A stretch of 53,659 bases of DNA from Deltaproteobacteria bacterium. Its GTDB lineage: Bacteria > Desulfobacterota > Deferrisomatia > Deferrisomatales > JACRMM01. This document shows positions 9,856 through 18,045 of this stretch, in pieces. Both the position numbers and the translations under genes were made by a program. The DNA lies in contig JBBIIA010000011.1 of assembly GCA_037446775.1 (NCBI GenBank), positions 1 through 53,659 on the forward strand, read 5' to 3'. Below the pieces are notes generated by a model. It did not search any database, was not told the origin of the DNA, and was given only the letters and a program-made list of their open reading frames with translations. Positions within the stretch are counted from its first letter, which is position 1; the number at the start of each line of letters is the position of its first letter.

Positions 9856-9873
9856 CGTTCAGTCCGGCGAACG
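9856..9873. promoter_or_regulatory. Putative IclR operator 1 (CGTTC-N8-GAACG)
   Basis: CGTTC agtccggc GAACG, just downstream of a minus-strand TTGACT(9913-9908)-17 bp-GATCAT(9890-9885) promoter-like pair for hcrB. Confidence 0.6.
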
Positions 9874-9967
9874 CTGGCCCGTGGATGATCACCCGCCGCC
9901 GCGCCAAAGTCAAGCCGCCAGGACCGGCCTTTTTGCCTTGACCGCCGGGCTCTCGGCCCCCCATACT

Positions 9968-9987
9968 TCGTTCACTGGAGTGAACGA
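9968..9987. promoter_or_regulatory. Putative IclR operator 2
   Basis: TCGTTCACT-GG-AGTGAACGA perfect inverted repeat with the same CGTTC-N8-GAACG core, immediately before the IclR ATG (9989); TTGACC(9938)-18 bp-CATACT(9962) upstream. Confidence 0.65.
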
Positions 9988-9988
9988 C

Positions 9989-10756
9989 ATGGGCACGACC
10001 TACCAGGCCCCGGCCATCCGCCGGGCCGCCGACCTCCTGGAGCACCTCGCCGAGGCGGCCCAGCCCCCCACCCTGAGCGAGCTCTCCCGGGCCCTCGGGG
10101 TCGGCAAGAGCAGCGTTCACGGCCTCCTCCAGGCCCTGGAAGACCTGGGGTGGGTGGCTCGCGTCGGCCCGGGCTACGGCATCGGGCCCGGCTTTCTTGA
10201 CCTGGCGCGCCGGGCCGCGGCGACAGGCGACCTGGCCACCCTCGCCCGCCCGGTTCTGGAGCGCCTAGCCGAGGACCTGGGGGAGGCCGCCTTCGTCGGT
10301 GTGTCCCGGGGCGAGACGGTGGTCGTCCTGGACTGGGTGGAGGGCCGGGGCGACCTGCGCCTCTCCTCCCGACCGGGCCTGGCCCTGCCCCGGTTCGCCG
10401 GCGCCCTCGGCAAGGTCTTCCTGGCCGCCCTCCCCCCCGCTGGGGCGCGGGCCGCCCTGGAGGGGGTCGCCCTGCCCCGTTTCACCGAGCGCTCGGTCAC
10501 CGACCCGGCGGAGTTTTTGCGGGAGGTCGAGGCGACCCGGGCGCGGGGGTACGCCGTGGACGACGAGGAGTATCTGCGGGGGGTGCGGGCGGTGGCGGCG
10601 CCGATCTCCCGGGGCGGACAGGCGGTAGCCGCGCTATGGGTCGCCGGCTTCGCCACGCGCCTCACCGACGGCCGACTGGCCCGGGCGGGGGAGCTGCTGG
10701 TGGAAGCCGCGGCCGGGATCGGCCGACGGCTGACGCCGGCCCGGGTCCCGCCGTGA
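9989..10756 (+). CDS. IclR family transcriptional regulator
   Basis: PAIRRAADLLE..LSELSRALGVGKSSVHGLL HTH; GALGK, FTERSVTD, RGYAVDDEEYLRGVRAVAAPI. Start moved from the ORF track to ATG 9989. Confidence 0.92.
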   Translation: MGTTYQAPAIRRAADLLEHLAEAAQPPTLSELSRALGVGKSSVHGLLQALEDLGWVARVGPGYGIGPGFLDLARRAAATGDLATLARPVLERLAEDLGEAAFVGVSRGETVVVLDWVEGRGDLRLSSRPGLALPRFAGALGKVFLAALPPAGARAALEGVALPRFTERSVTDPAEFLREVEATRARGYAVDDEEYLRGVRAVAAPISRGGQAVAALWVAGFATRLTDGRLARAGELLVEAAAGIGRRLTPARVPP

Positions 10757-10765
10757 ACCGCCCCG

Positions 10766-10795
10766 GCGCGGGAAGAGCGGCCGCCCTTCCCGCGC
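10766..10795. terminator. Stem-loop between convergent IclR and outer-membrane channel genes
   Basis: GCGCGGGAAGAGCG / CGCCCTTCCCGCGC, one mismatch; no long U-tract. Confidence 0.5.
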
Positions 10796-10817
10796 GTTCG
10801 AAACGGGGGGCGCTCGA

Positions 10818-11786
10818 TTAGAAGGCGTAGGTAGAGTTCACCCAGAAGCTCTCACCCTGGGGGGTGTTGCGGGCGCCGAACTCCTTGAGGTACTTCGCGG
10901 TCAAGCTCACCTTGCCCATGCCGGGCCACCACTTGAGGATCGGGCCGATGGCGGCGATCCGGGACTTGGTGTCGGGGACGTCGCTGCCGTCGATCTGGTC
11001 CTCGGTGATCTGCTGGAAGTAGTAGCCGGAAAGCCCCAGGCGAAGGTCCTCCTTGCCGAGCGCGTAGCTGACCGCGTAGTCGACGTGGAACTCCTGGCCC
11101 GCCTTCATGTCCACCGGCGCCGACGCACCGGGGGGCAGGTAGTCGTCGTTGGTCGTATTGAAGTCGTACATGAACTTCGCCGAGAGGTCGATGCCGCCGG
11201 GCACCCAGTAGCTGACGGCAAAGACCGGCTCAAAGGTCCAGGAATTCTTGTTGAGGATCTGGCGGGACAGCTCCGACCGGTTGTAGTTCCCGGTCGGCGC
11301 CCAGATGTCCACGGCGGCCCCCATGTGCAGGTTGGGGCTCAGGTGCCAGGCGAGCACCAGGGGGCTGAAGATGATGTCCCCGAGGCCGCCGCTGTCGTCG
11401 TCGTAAATCGTGGTCGCCCCGCCCTTGAGCTTGGCGTCCGCCAGGTACATTGGGAAGAAGATCTGGCCGCCCCAGGTGGCGCCGAGGATCTTGATGGAGC
11501 TCATGTAGACGAAGCGCGGCACCTCCACGAAGACCCCGACTTCCAGGTCGGACGTCCCGGGCCCTAACACGGCCTTGTCCCCGTTGTTATCCGCGAGCTT
11601 GTCCTTCCCGATGTACGCCAGGTAGTTGACCCAGTAGAAGCCGGGGGGGGGCAGGACCCCACCCATGATGTCGCTGGAGCCGTTGGGGTAGTGCTGCCCG
11701 GCGCCGGGCAGGCCGGCCAGAGCCGGGGTGCCGAGGGCCACGGCCGCGACCAGGGCGATGAGGGTCTTCTGCCAGCGGTGGTGCAT
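10818..11786 (-). CDS. Outer-membrane beta-barrel channel, SphA / phenol meta-degradation (COG4313) family
   Basis: Signal peptide, PPPGFY, GLGDI..P..LAWH, APTGNY, GQEFHVDYA, GYYFQQITED, C-terminal Phe. Confidence 0.85.
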   Translation of the reverse strand: MHHRWQKTLIALVAAVALGTPALAGLPGAGQHYPNGSSDIMGGVLPPPGFYWVNYLAYIGKDKLADNNGDKAVLGPGTSDLEVGVFVEVPRFVYMSSIKILGATWGGQIFFPMYLADAKLKGGATTIYDDDSGGLGDIIFSPLVLAWHLSPNLHMGAAVDIWAPTGNYNRSELSRQILNKNSWTFEPVFAVSYWVPGGIDLSAKFMYDFNTTNDDYLPPGASAPVDMKAGQEFHVDYAVSYALGKEDLRLGLSGYYFQQITEDQIDGSDVPDTKSRIAAIGPILKWWPGMGKVSLTAKYLKEFGARNTPQGESFWVNSTYAF

Positions 11787-11840
11787 GGAGGCCTCCTTTT
11801 CGCTCGTTAGGGTTGGGGGCGGGGCGGGGTAGGATCGCTT

Positions 11841-12227
11841 CTAGATCCGAGACCTGGGCTTCGCGGATCTGGAAGCGCTTCGCCCTTGGTGCTCGGCACC
11901 AGGGCCCCGGGCTCCCCCGCGCACAGGTAGGCGACGAAGAGGTTGTACCCGAAGGGGCACGCACAGGGTATCGCCGCAGGGGAAGGGGTCCACCCCCGGG
12001 CAGCGGTAGTCGTCCTTGGTGATCAGGGGCACCCGCGCCACGTCCTCCCAGCTCCGGATATCCCCGGGGGTCAGGCCGGCGGCGGCGTACTTTCGGCGGT
12101 ACATGGGGCCGCGCTCGTACACCCAGGCCACGACCCGCTGGAACTTCCCCAGTTGAAGCGCCCGGGTCGCCGCCGGGTTCAGGGTTTCGAGGATCGGGTT
12201 CCAGTACCCGGATGTGGTCGGTCTCAT
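11841..12227 (-). pseudogene. paaK: Decayed phenylacetate-CoA ligase-family (aryl-CoA ligase) gene
   Basis: SD AGGAGG + ATG 12227; YWNPILETL..LQL.KFQRVV.W.Y...MYR.KY..AG..P.DI.SWED..RVPLITKDD matches the PaaK N-terminus; continues in another frame as PFGYNLFVAY, then degenerates. About 130 of ~430 codons remain. Confidence 0.8.
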
Positions 12228-12423
12228 CGCGCCTCCTGCTCCCCTCGCCCGAGACCCCGGGCCGTTGGCTACCCCCGCGGGCTCCCCTGTAGTCCACAAC
12301 CTCCGTGCCTGGCTCCCGGGTCGCCCCCGCCTTCGCCGCTGGCGGCTCCGCGTAGCCTTCGCCCTCGTCTTGGGCGAGCGCTGGTCCCGTCGCAGTGCTT
12401 TCGAGCCCGCCCCGCCCCGCCAC

Positions 12424-12451
12424 AGCCGTGCGACACTCGTGTCGCACGGCT
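12424..12451. promoter_or_regulatory. Perfect 13-bp inverted repeat, candidate regulator site
   Basis: AGCCGTGCGACAC-TC-GTGTCGCACGGCT. Confidence 0.45.
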
Positions 12452-13042
12452 TACCCCGTCCTGGGGCGTTCTCCCGTCCGCTTCGCTGCCCGATGCGTCT
12501 CGGCTGCCGCATTCTAGGCCTCTTTTCTGCAACTTGCGAACGCTGTTTCGTCACGAGATCGATAATTTGTCCGTGGCCGCCGGTTGCTTTGCTGCTTTGG
12601 CGCCTCTTGCGCGGTTTCGTGGAGCCGCGGTTAGCGCGGAGCACCCAAACGACGTTATTCAACCCGAACCCCCTTCGGGGGGTAGAGCCGCGCCCAACGG
12701 AGGGCAAGCCACACTGCGAAACCCGGCACCGCCGCGCGGGGTCGGAATACGCCTGCGGATTTTTTCCTGTGCCCCCGTTGACGGCACCGCAGATGCCTGA
12801 TTAGCTGCCCCATAGCAAGCCTAGGGGGGCTTTTCCGCTCTAGATTGCCCAACGATTGGAGGCATCGGCCCCTCGGAGCTTCGAGGCCGGGTGGCGCTGC
12901 GTCGCCGTGAAGCGGTGAGGCGACGGTGCGCCCGGTCCTGTCTTCGGTGCTGACCGGTGCTCGACGCGGTAGGGGAGGGCCCCGGTTCCAGCGGCTGGGA
13001 ACTGCTCGGCCTGGGTGGGCGCAATCCGAGGAGGAGAGGGAC

Positions 13043-13543
13043 ATGAAGACCGGGGGATGTTCGGCGGCGGTGGCGTTGGTTACCCTCGCGATCCACGCAG
13101 AGGCAAATGTAACGCTCATGAATCTTCCGTTTTCCGACTTCTATCAATGCGGAGACTGCCACAAGTCCTCTGCGCAGCTCGGAGTCTTTGTGGAGCCCCA
13201 TGGGTTCGTTGCGAAGGTTGTGGATATCTGCTTGACCTGTCACTCCAAGAAGCACCTAGGGAAGAGCCACCCGACGGGGAAGCGAGTCACGATGGACCCG
13301 TTGCCGGCGGATCTCCCTTTCGAGGTGTGGGTCAGCGAGTACGGAGAGGAGTATCCCGTCGTGACGTGCGGCACCTGTCACAATCCACACCTCCCCGGCA
13401 TCGGCATCCGCTACCGGCCGCCGCCAGAGCCCGGCATGGAAGGAACCTTCGAGCCCTACCGAACCCGGTTCCTGCGAAAGGATGCTAAGAACGTCACGAG
13501 TGGGTTCGCCCCGCTGTGCAAGACGTGCCACGCGGCCAAGTGA
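13043..13543 (+). CDS. Periplasmic tetraheme cytochrome c
   Basis: SD GAGGAGG, signal peptide, four CxxCH (CGDCH, CLTCH, CGTCH-NPH, CKTCH), SHP motif typical of doubled-CxxCH cytochromes. Confidence 0.88.
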   Translation: MKTGGCSAAVALVTLAIHAEANVTLMNLPFSDFYQCGDCHKSSAQLGVFVEPHGFVAKVVDICLTCHSKKHLGKSHPTGKRVTMDPLPADLPFEVWVSEYGEEYPVVTCGTCHNPHLPGIGIRYRPPPEPGMEGTFEPYRTRFLRKDAKNVTSGFAPLCKTCHAAK

Positions 13544-13581
13544 CGGGACGAAGACCTCCAGAAGCGCCGAAGGGGCTCCCC

Positions 13582-15264
13582 TCAGGTTGCCGCGGCGAGC
13601 TCGGCCAGCACCTGGTGGGCTCGGTGGTGTTTGAGGGTGGCCGCCTTGGCGGGGCAGGCGGCGGCGCAGGCGCCGCAGCCCTGGCAGCGGGAGGGCTCGA
13701 TGCGGTAGAGGGGGGCGTGGGGGAGGGGCGCCGGGGCGTCGGTGGGGCAGAGCGTTTCGCACAGGCCGCAGGCGGCGCAGCGGTCGGGGTCAATGACGGC
13801 TATCGTCGGGTCCACGGCGATCCGCCCCTTGAGGAGCAGGGCGCCGGCCTTGGCTGCGGCGGCCCGGCCCGAGGCTACGGCCTCGTCCAGGGCCTTGGGG
13901 CCCTGGCAGGCGCCGGCCAGGTACACCCCCGCCGAGGCGGTCTCGGAGGGGCGGAGCTTGGGGTGGGCCTCGAGGAAGAAGCCGTCGGGGCTCCGGGCCA
14001 CCCGGGCGGCCCGGGCCACCTCGGCGGCGTCGGCCCGGGGCCGGGCGCCGCAAGCAAGCACCACCAGGTCGGCAGCGAGCTCCCGGGCCTCCCCCATAAG
14101 GGTGTCTTCCCACCGCACGGCCAGCCCCTGGCCCCTCGCATACACTTCGGAGGCGGCCCCCCGCCGAAACACCACCCCGGCGCGGCCGGCGGCCTCGTAC
14201 GCCTCCTCGGCGCCCCGGGCGTAGGCCCGAAGATCGGTGTACAGCACCTGCACCCGGGTCTCGGGGCGTGTCGCTTTCACCTCCGCCGCCTGGCGCACGC
14301 TCACCATGCAGCAGGTGCGGGAGCAGTGGGCGCCGCCGGTGGTCTTGTCCCGGGAGCCGATGCACTGGAGAAAGGCGACCGAGGCGCCCGGCGGCAGGGC
14401 GCCGGTCCGGAGCAGCTCCTCGAGCTCCGCCTGGGTCACCACCCCGGGATAGCGGCCGTAGCCGAGTTCGGGTCGGCCCTGGGCCGGGTCGTCGGGCCGG
14501 TAGGGGTCGAACCCGGTGGCGAGGATGGCGGCGCCCACCGCCCGGGCCTTTGGGCCCCGGGGCGTCGCCAGGGTGGCCTCGAAGCTCCCCGGGGGGCCCT
14601 CGAGCCCGGCGAGGCGGGTCCCGAGGAGCACCTCGATCCGGGGATCCGCCGCCACCCGGCCCACGAGGCCATGAAGCCAGGGGCCCACCTCGCCCCCTTC
14701 GGGAAAGGACCGGCCGAGATCCGCGGCTCGGCCCCCCAGGCGGTCCCCGGCCTCGACGAGCACCACCTCTAGGCCCACGCCGACGAGGCTCGCGGCCGCG
14801 GCCAGGCCCGCGGGCCCGCCCCCTACCACCAGGGCCCGGGGCGTCACCGGGGCCTCGGAGCCCAGGAGCGGCTCCTGGCACCGCACCCGCGCCAGCCCCA
14901 TGGCCACCAGGTCCCGGGCCTTGGCCGTCGCCTCGACCGGCTCCGGGTGGACCCAGGAGCACTGCTCTCGCACGTTGACGTGGCACAGGAGATACGGGTT
15001 GAGCCCCTCGGCGGCGCACGCCTGGCGAAAGGTCGCCTCGTGCATCCGGGGGGAGCAGGCGGCCACCACCACGCGGCTGGCCCGGCCCTCCCGGAGGTCG
15101 GCCCGGATCAGCTCCTGGCCGGGCCGGGAGCAGAGGTAGGGGTAGTCCCGGACCACGGCCACGTCGGGCCGCGCCGCGAGCTCGGCGGCCAGGACGGCCA
15201 CGTCCACCGTGGCCGCGATGTTCTGGCCGCAGTGGCACAGGTACACCGCCGTCCCTCGGGTCAC
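13582..15264 (-). CDS. hdrA: HdrA-like flavoprotein, unit 2 (N-terminal Cys domain, FAD domain, C-terminal 2x[4Fe-4S])
   Basis: CHCGQNI, ACSPRMHE, NVREQCSWVH, GGGPAG, QCIGSRD..CSRTCCM, EAHPKLRP, GACQGPK, CAACGLC / CQGCGACAAACP; GTGA overlap with the upstream gene. Confidence 0.9.
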   Translation of the reverse strand: MTRGTAVYLCHCGQNIAATVDVAVLAAELAARPDVAVVRDYPYLCSRPGQELIRADLREGRASRVVVAACSPRMHEATFRQACAAEGLNPYLLCHVNVREQCSWVHPEPVEATAKARDLVAMGLARVRCQEPLLGSEAPVTPRALVVGGGPAGLAAAASLVGVGLEVVLVEAGDRLGGRAADLGRSFPEGGEVGPWLHGLVGRVAADPRIEVLLGTRLAGLEGPPGSFEATLATPRGPKARAVGAAILATGFDPYRPDDPAQGRPELGYGRYPGVVTQAELEELLRTGALPPGASVAFLQCIGSRDKTTGGAHCSRTCCMVSVRQAAEVKATRPETRVQVLYTDLRAYARGAEEAYEAAGRAGVVFRRGAASEVYARGQGLAVRWEDTLMGEARELAADLVVLACGARPRADAAEVARAARVARSPDGFFLEAHPKLRPSETASAGVYLAGACQGPKALDEAVASGRAAAAKAGALLLKGRIAVDPTIAVIDPDRCAACGLCETLCPTDAPAPLPHAPLYRIEPSRCQGCGACAAACPAKAATLKHHRAHQVLAELAAAT

Positions 15265-16607
15265 GGCGCCCCCCCGCCCAAGAGGTACCCCAGGGCCGCG
15301 GCGGCGGCCGCCGAGCCCGCGGTCACGGCGTCGGGGATATCGAGGGGGCCGGCGCAGGCGCCGGCCAAAAAGACCCCGGGGCGCGGCGACCGGGCGGGGT
15401 CCCGGGGCTCGGCCAGGGCCAGGAAGCAGTCGCCGGCCAGGGGGAGCCCGAGGACGGCAGCGAGCTCGGCCGCGTCGGCCTGGGGCCTAAGCCCGGCGGC
15501 CAAAACCACCAGGTCGGCCGCCAGTTCCTGGGCCTGGCCCAGGAGGGTGTCTTCGAAGCGCACGGCCAGCGCGTCGTCTTGGCGGTACACCTCGGAGGGG
15601 TTGCCCCGCCGCAGGACCACCCCAACGCGCTGGGCCCGCTCGAGAAACTCCTCGTAGCCTTTGCCGAAGGCCCGCAGGTCCATGTACAGGATCGTCACCT
15701 CGACCCCCGGGAGCTTCTCCACGGCGAGGATGGCCTGCTTCACGCTTACCATGCAGCAGACCCGGGAGCAGTAGGCCGCGCCGGTGGTGCGGTCGCGGGA
15801 CCCCACGCACTGGAGAAAGACCACTCGCCGGGGCTCCCGCTCGCAGCCGGGCACCGCGAGCGTGCCGCCGGTGGGGCCCGAGGCCGAGCAGAGCCGCTCG
15901 AACTGGAGGTTGGTGATCACCTCGGAGTAACGGCCGAAGCCGAGCTCGGGTCGGCCGGTGTCGGGGTCGGCCGGGTCGTAGGGCCGGTAGCCCGTGGCGA
16001 CCACTACGGCCCCCACCCGGACCTGCTCGACCCGCTCCCCCTCGTCCAGCCGGATCGCCCCCGAGGGGCACGCGGTGACGCACTTGGGCCCGTCGCCGCA
16101 CTTACCCCTCTTGCGGTAGAGGCAGCTCGCCGGGTCCACGGCGTAGGACGACGGCACCGCCTGGGGGAAGGGCACCCCCACCGCGCTGCCCCGCCCGAGG
16201 CCCTGGTCGAAGGCCCGGGGCACCCGGCCCTTGAGCCGGCACGCCGCGGCGCACGCCCCGCACGCCACGCACCGCTCGGGGTCGACGAAGCGCGGCCGCA
16301 CCCGGAGCCGGGCGCGAAAGCCCCCGCCCGCCAGCTCCAGGGCCTCGACCGCGGCCCGGGTGAGGAGCCGGATCTTCGGGTGGCTCCCCGCCTCGGCGGT
16401 GCGGGGGGTGAGGGTGCAGGAGGAGCAGTCCAGGGTGGGAAAGGTCTTGTCGAGCTGAGCCATGCGCCCGCCAATGGAGTCGCCCTGTTCGACCAGGACG
16501 ACGTCCACCCCGGCCTCCGCCAGGTCCAGGGCCGCCTGGATCCCCGCAATGCCAGCTCCCACCACGAGGGCGGACGGGGGTCTCTTTGACCGGATAACGG
16601 GATGCAC
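15261..16607 (-). CDS. hdrA: HdrA-like flavoprotein, unit 1 (FAD domain with inserted ferredoxin)
   Basis: VVGAGIAGIQAALDLA, GGRMAQLDKTFPTLDC, CVACGAC, QCVGSRD..CSRVCCMVSVKQA, DLRAFGKGYEEF. Start uncertain; nearest in-frame GTG (16607) lies inside the repeat element. Confidence 0.88.
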   Translation of the reverse strand: MHPVIRSKRPPSALVVGAGIAGIQAALDLAEAGVDVVLVEQGDSIGGRMAQLDKTFPTLDCSSCTLTPRTAEAGSHPKIRLLTRAAVEALELAGGGFRARLRVRPRFVDPERCVACGACAAACRLKGRVPRAFDQGLGRGSAVGVPFPQAVPSSYAVDPASCLYRKRGKCGDGPKCVTACPSGAIRLDEGERVEQVRVGAVVVATGYRPYDPADPDTGRPELGFGRYSEVITNLQFERLCSASGPTGGTLAVPGCEREPRRVVFLQCVGSRDRTTGAAYCSRVCCMVSVKQAILAVEKLPGVEVTILYMDLRAFGKGYEEFLERAQRVGVVLRRGNPSEVYRQDDALAVRFEDTLLGQAQELAADLVVLAAGLRPQADAAELAAVLGLPLAGDCFLALAEPRDPARSPRPGVFLAGACAGPLDIPDAVTAGSAAAAAALGYLLGGGAP

Positions 16608-17074
16608 GGGATGGGGGTCAGGCTGGGGGGAGCTGGGCGAGGTCGCGCAGCTTGCGGCGGACCTCGACCCGCTCCTCACCGAAGTTGAGGAGGAGCCCCA
16701 GGGGCTTCCCGGTGGCGACCAGGTAGTTGACCAGCTGGGCTTCGTGGATCGGAGATATTCGCTTCACCGTCTTGAGCTCCACCACGATGTCGTCCTCCAC
16801 CAGCAGGTCCACCACGAACTCCCCCACCAGCTCGCCGTCGTAGCGGACGGCGATGGGGCGCTGAGCCTCGGCCCGGACCCCGGCCTTCCGGAGCTCGATC
16901 AGGAGACACTTCTCGTACACGGACTCGAGGAAGCCGTGGCCCATGCGGTTATAGACCCGGTAGGCACAGCCGATGACCTTCTCGGTGATCGCCTCGAACT
17001 GCACGGCCACCTCCTTCTGCTCCAATGAGCCCCATCCCGTTCATCCGCCTCCGTCGATCCCGTTATCCGGTCAA
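16586..17074. mobile_element. Inverted-repeat-bounded cassette carrying a GxxExxY gene
   Basis: Perfect 18-bp IR TTGACCGGATAACGGGAT (16586-16603) / ATCCCGTTATCCGGTCAA (17057-17074), plus internal ACGGGAT/ATCCCGT sub-repeats. Confidence 0.7.
16618..17004 (-). CDS. GxxExxY protein (PD-(D/E)XK nuclease superfamily)
   Basis: IGCAYRVYNRMGHGFLESVYEKCL, DLLVEDDIVVELK, HEAQLVNYL, GLLLNFG; SD AAGGAGG 5 nt before GTG 17004. Confidence 0.93.
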   Translation of the reverse strand: MQFEAITEKVIGCAYRVYNRMGHGFLESVYEKCLLIELRKAGVRAEAQRPIAVRYDGELVGEFVVDLLVEDDIVVELKTVKRISPIHEAQLVNYLVATGKPLGLLLNFGEERVEVRRKLRDLAQLPPA

Positions 17075-18045
17075 GTCCCCCCCGTCCGGGCGGCTTTGAC
17101 GGCCTTGGTGAGGGCGGGGACGATCTTGAACAGGTCTCCGACGATGCCGTAGTGGGCGACGCGGAAGATGGGGGCCTTGGGGTCTTTGTTGACCGCGACG
17201 ACGAGGCTCGCTCCCCTCATGGCGGTGACGTGCTGGAAAGCGCCGGAGATACCAAGCGCCAGGTAGACCTTGGGCTTGACCGTCTTCCCCGAGATGCCCA
17301 CCTGGCGCTCCTTGGGGAGCCAGCCCGAATCGACCACCGGCCGGGAGCAGCTGACCGTGGCGCCCAGGGCTTCGGCCAGGGCTTGGGCCACGTCCAGGTT
17401 CTCCCCATCGCCGAGGCCGCGGCCGACGCTGACCAGGACGTCGGCCTGGGCGATGTCCACCTCGCCGGCAGCCTCCTGCATCCACTCCAGGAACCGCTTC
17501 CCCAGGTCGGGCAGGTCGGCCGCCACCCGCTCGGGCACCGGGATCGGGGCACCGGCCGGGGCCGACTCGCAGGAGCCCGGCCGTAGGGTGGCGATGACCG
17601 TGGGCGTGGCGGCGAGGCGCACCCGGGCCTGGAGCTTGCCCCCGAAGACCGAGCGCCGGGCACCGAGCGCGCCGTCGGCCCAGGTGAGTCCAATGGCGTC
17701 GGTGACCACCGGCGCCCCCAGGGCCGCGGCCAGGGCCGGCGCCCAGTCCATGCCGGCCGCCGACTGGGCGCCCAGGATCACCCGGGGTCCCCGCTCGGCC
17801 GCCAGGCGCTCCAGGGCGGCGGCCACCGCCGCGCCGTTGAACCCCGCGAGCTCCGGGTGCTCCACCGCCAAGACGGCGTCGGCGCCCGGCGGCAGGGCCC
17901 GGCACAGGGCCTCGGCCTGGCCAGGACCAGCCAGCACCACCGCCGTCACCGGCCCGGCCCCCAGGGCCCGGGCGGCGCCGACCACCTCGGCAGTCACCTC
18001 GCGCAGCGCACCGCTTCGGTGCTCGGTTACGGCCCAGACGCTCAC
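17071..18045 (-). CDS. etfA: Electron transfer flavoprotein alpha subunit
   Basis: DIAQADVLVSVGRG, SRPVVDSGW, QVGISGKTVKP, GISGAFQH, NKDPKAPIF; GTG 18045 overlaps the etfB stop. Confidence 0.95.
   Translation of the reverse strand: MSVWAVTEHRSGALREVTAEVVGAARALGAGPVTAVVLAGPGQAEALCRALPPGADAVLAVEHPELAGFNGAAVAAALERLAAERGPRVILGAQSAAGMDWAPALAAALGAPVVTDAIGLTWADGALGARRSVFGGKLQARVRLAATPTVIATLRPGSCESAPAGAPIPVPERVAADLPDLGKRFLEWMQEAAGEVDIAQADVLVSVGRGLGDGENLDVAQALAEALGATVSCSRPVVDSGWLPKERQVGISGKTVKPKVYLALGISGAFQHVTAMRGASLVVAVNKDPKAPIFRVAHYGIVGDLFKIVPALTKAVKAARTGGT

Noticed and set aside
12650-12870. Possible c-di-GMP, c-di-AMP or Moco riboswitch
   Set aside because: Hairpins are present but I could not match the conserved cores; left as an unassigned leader.
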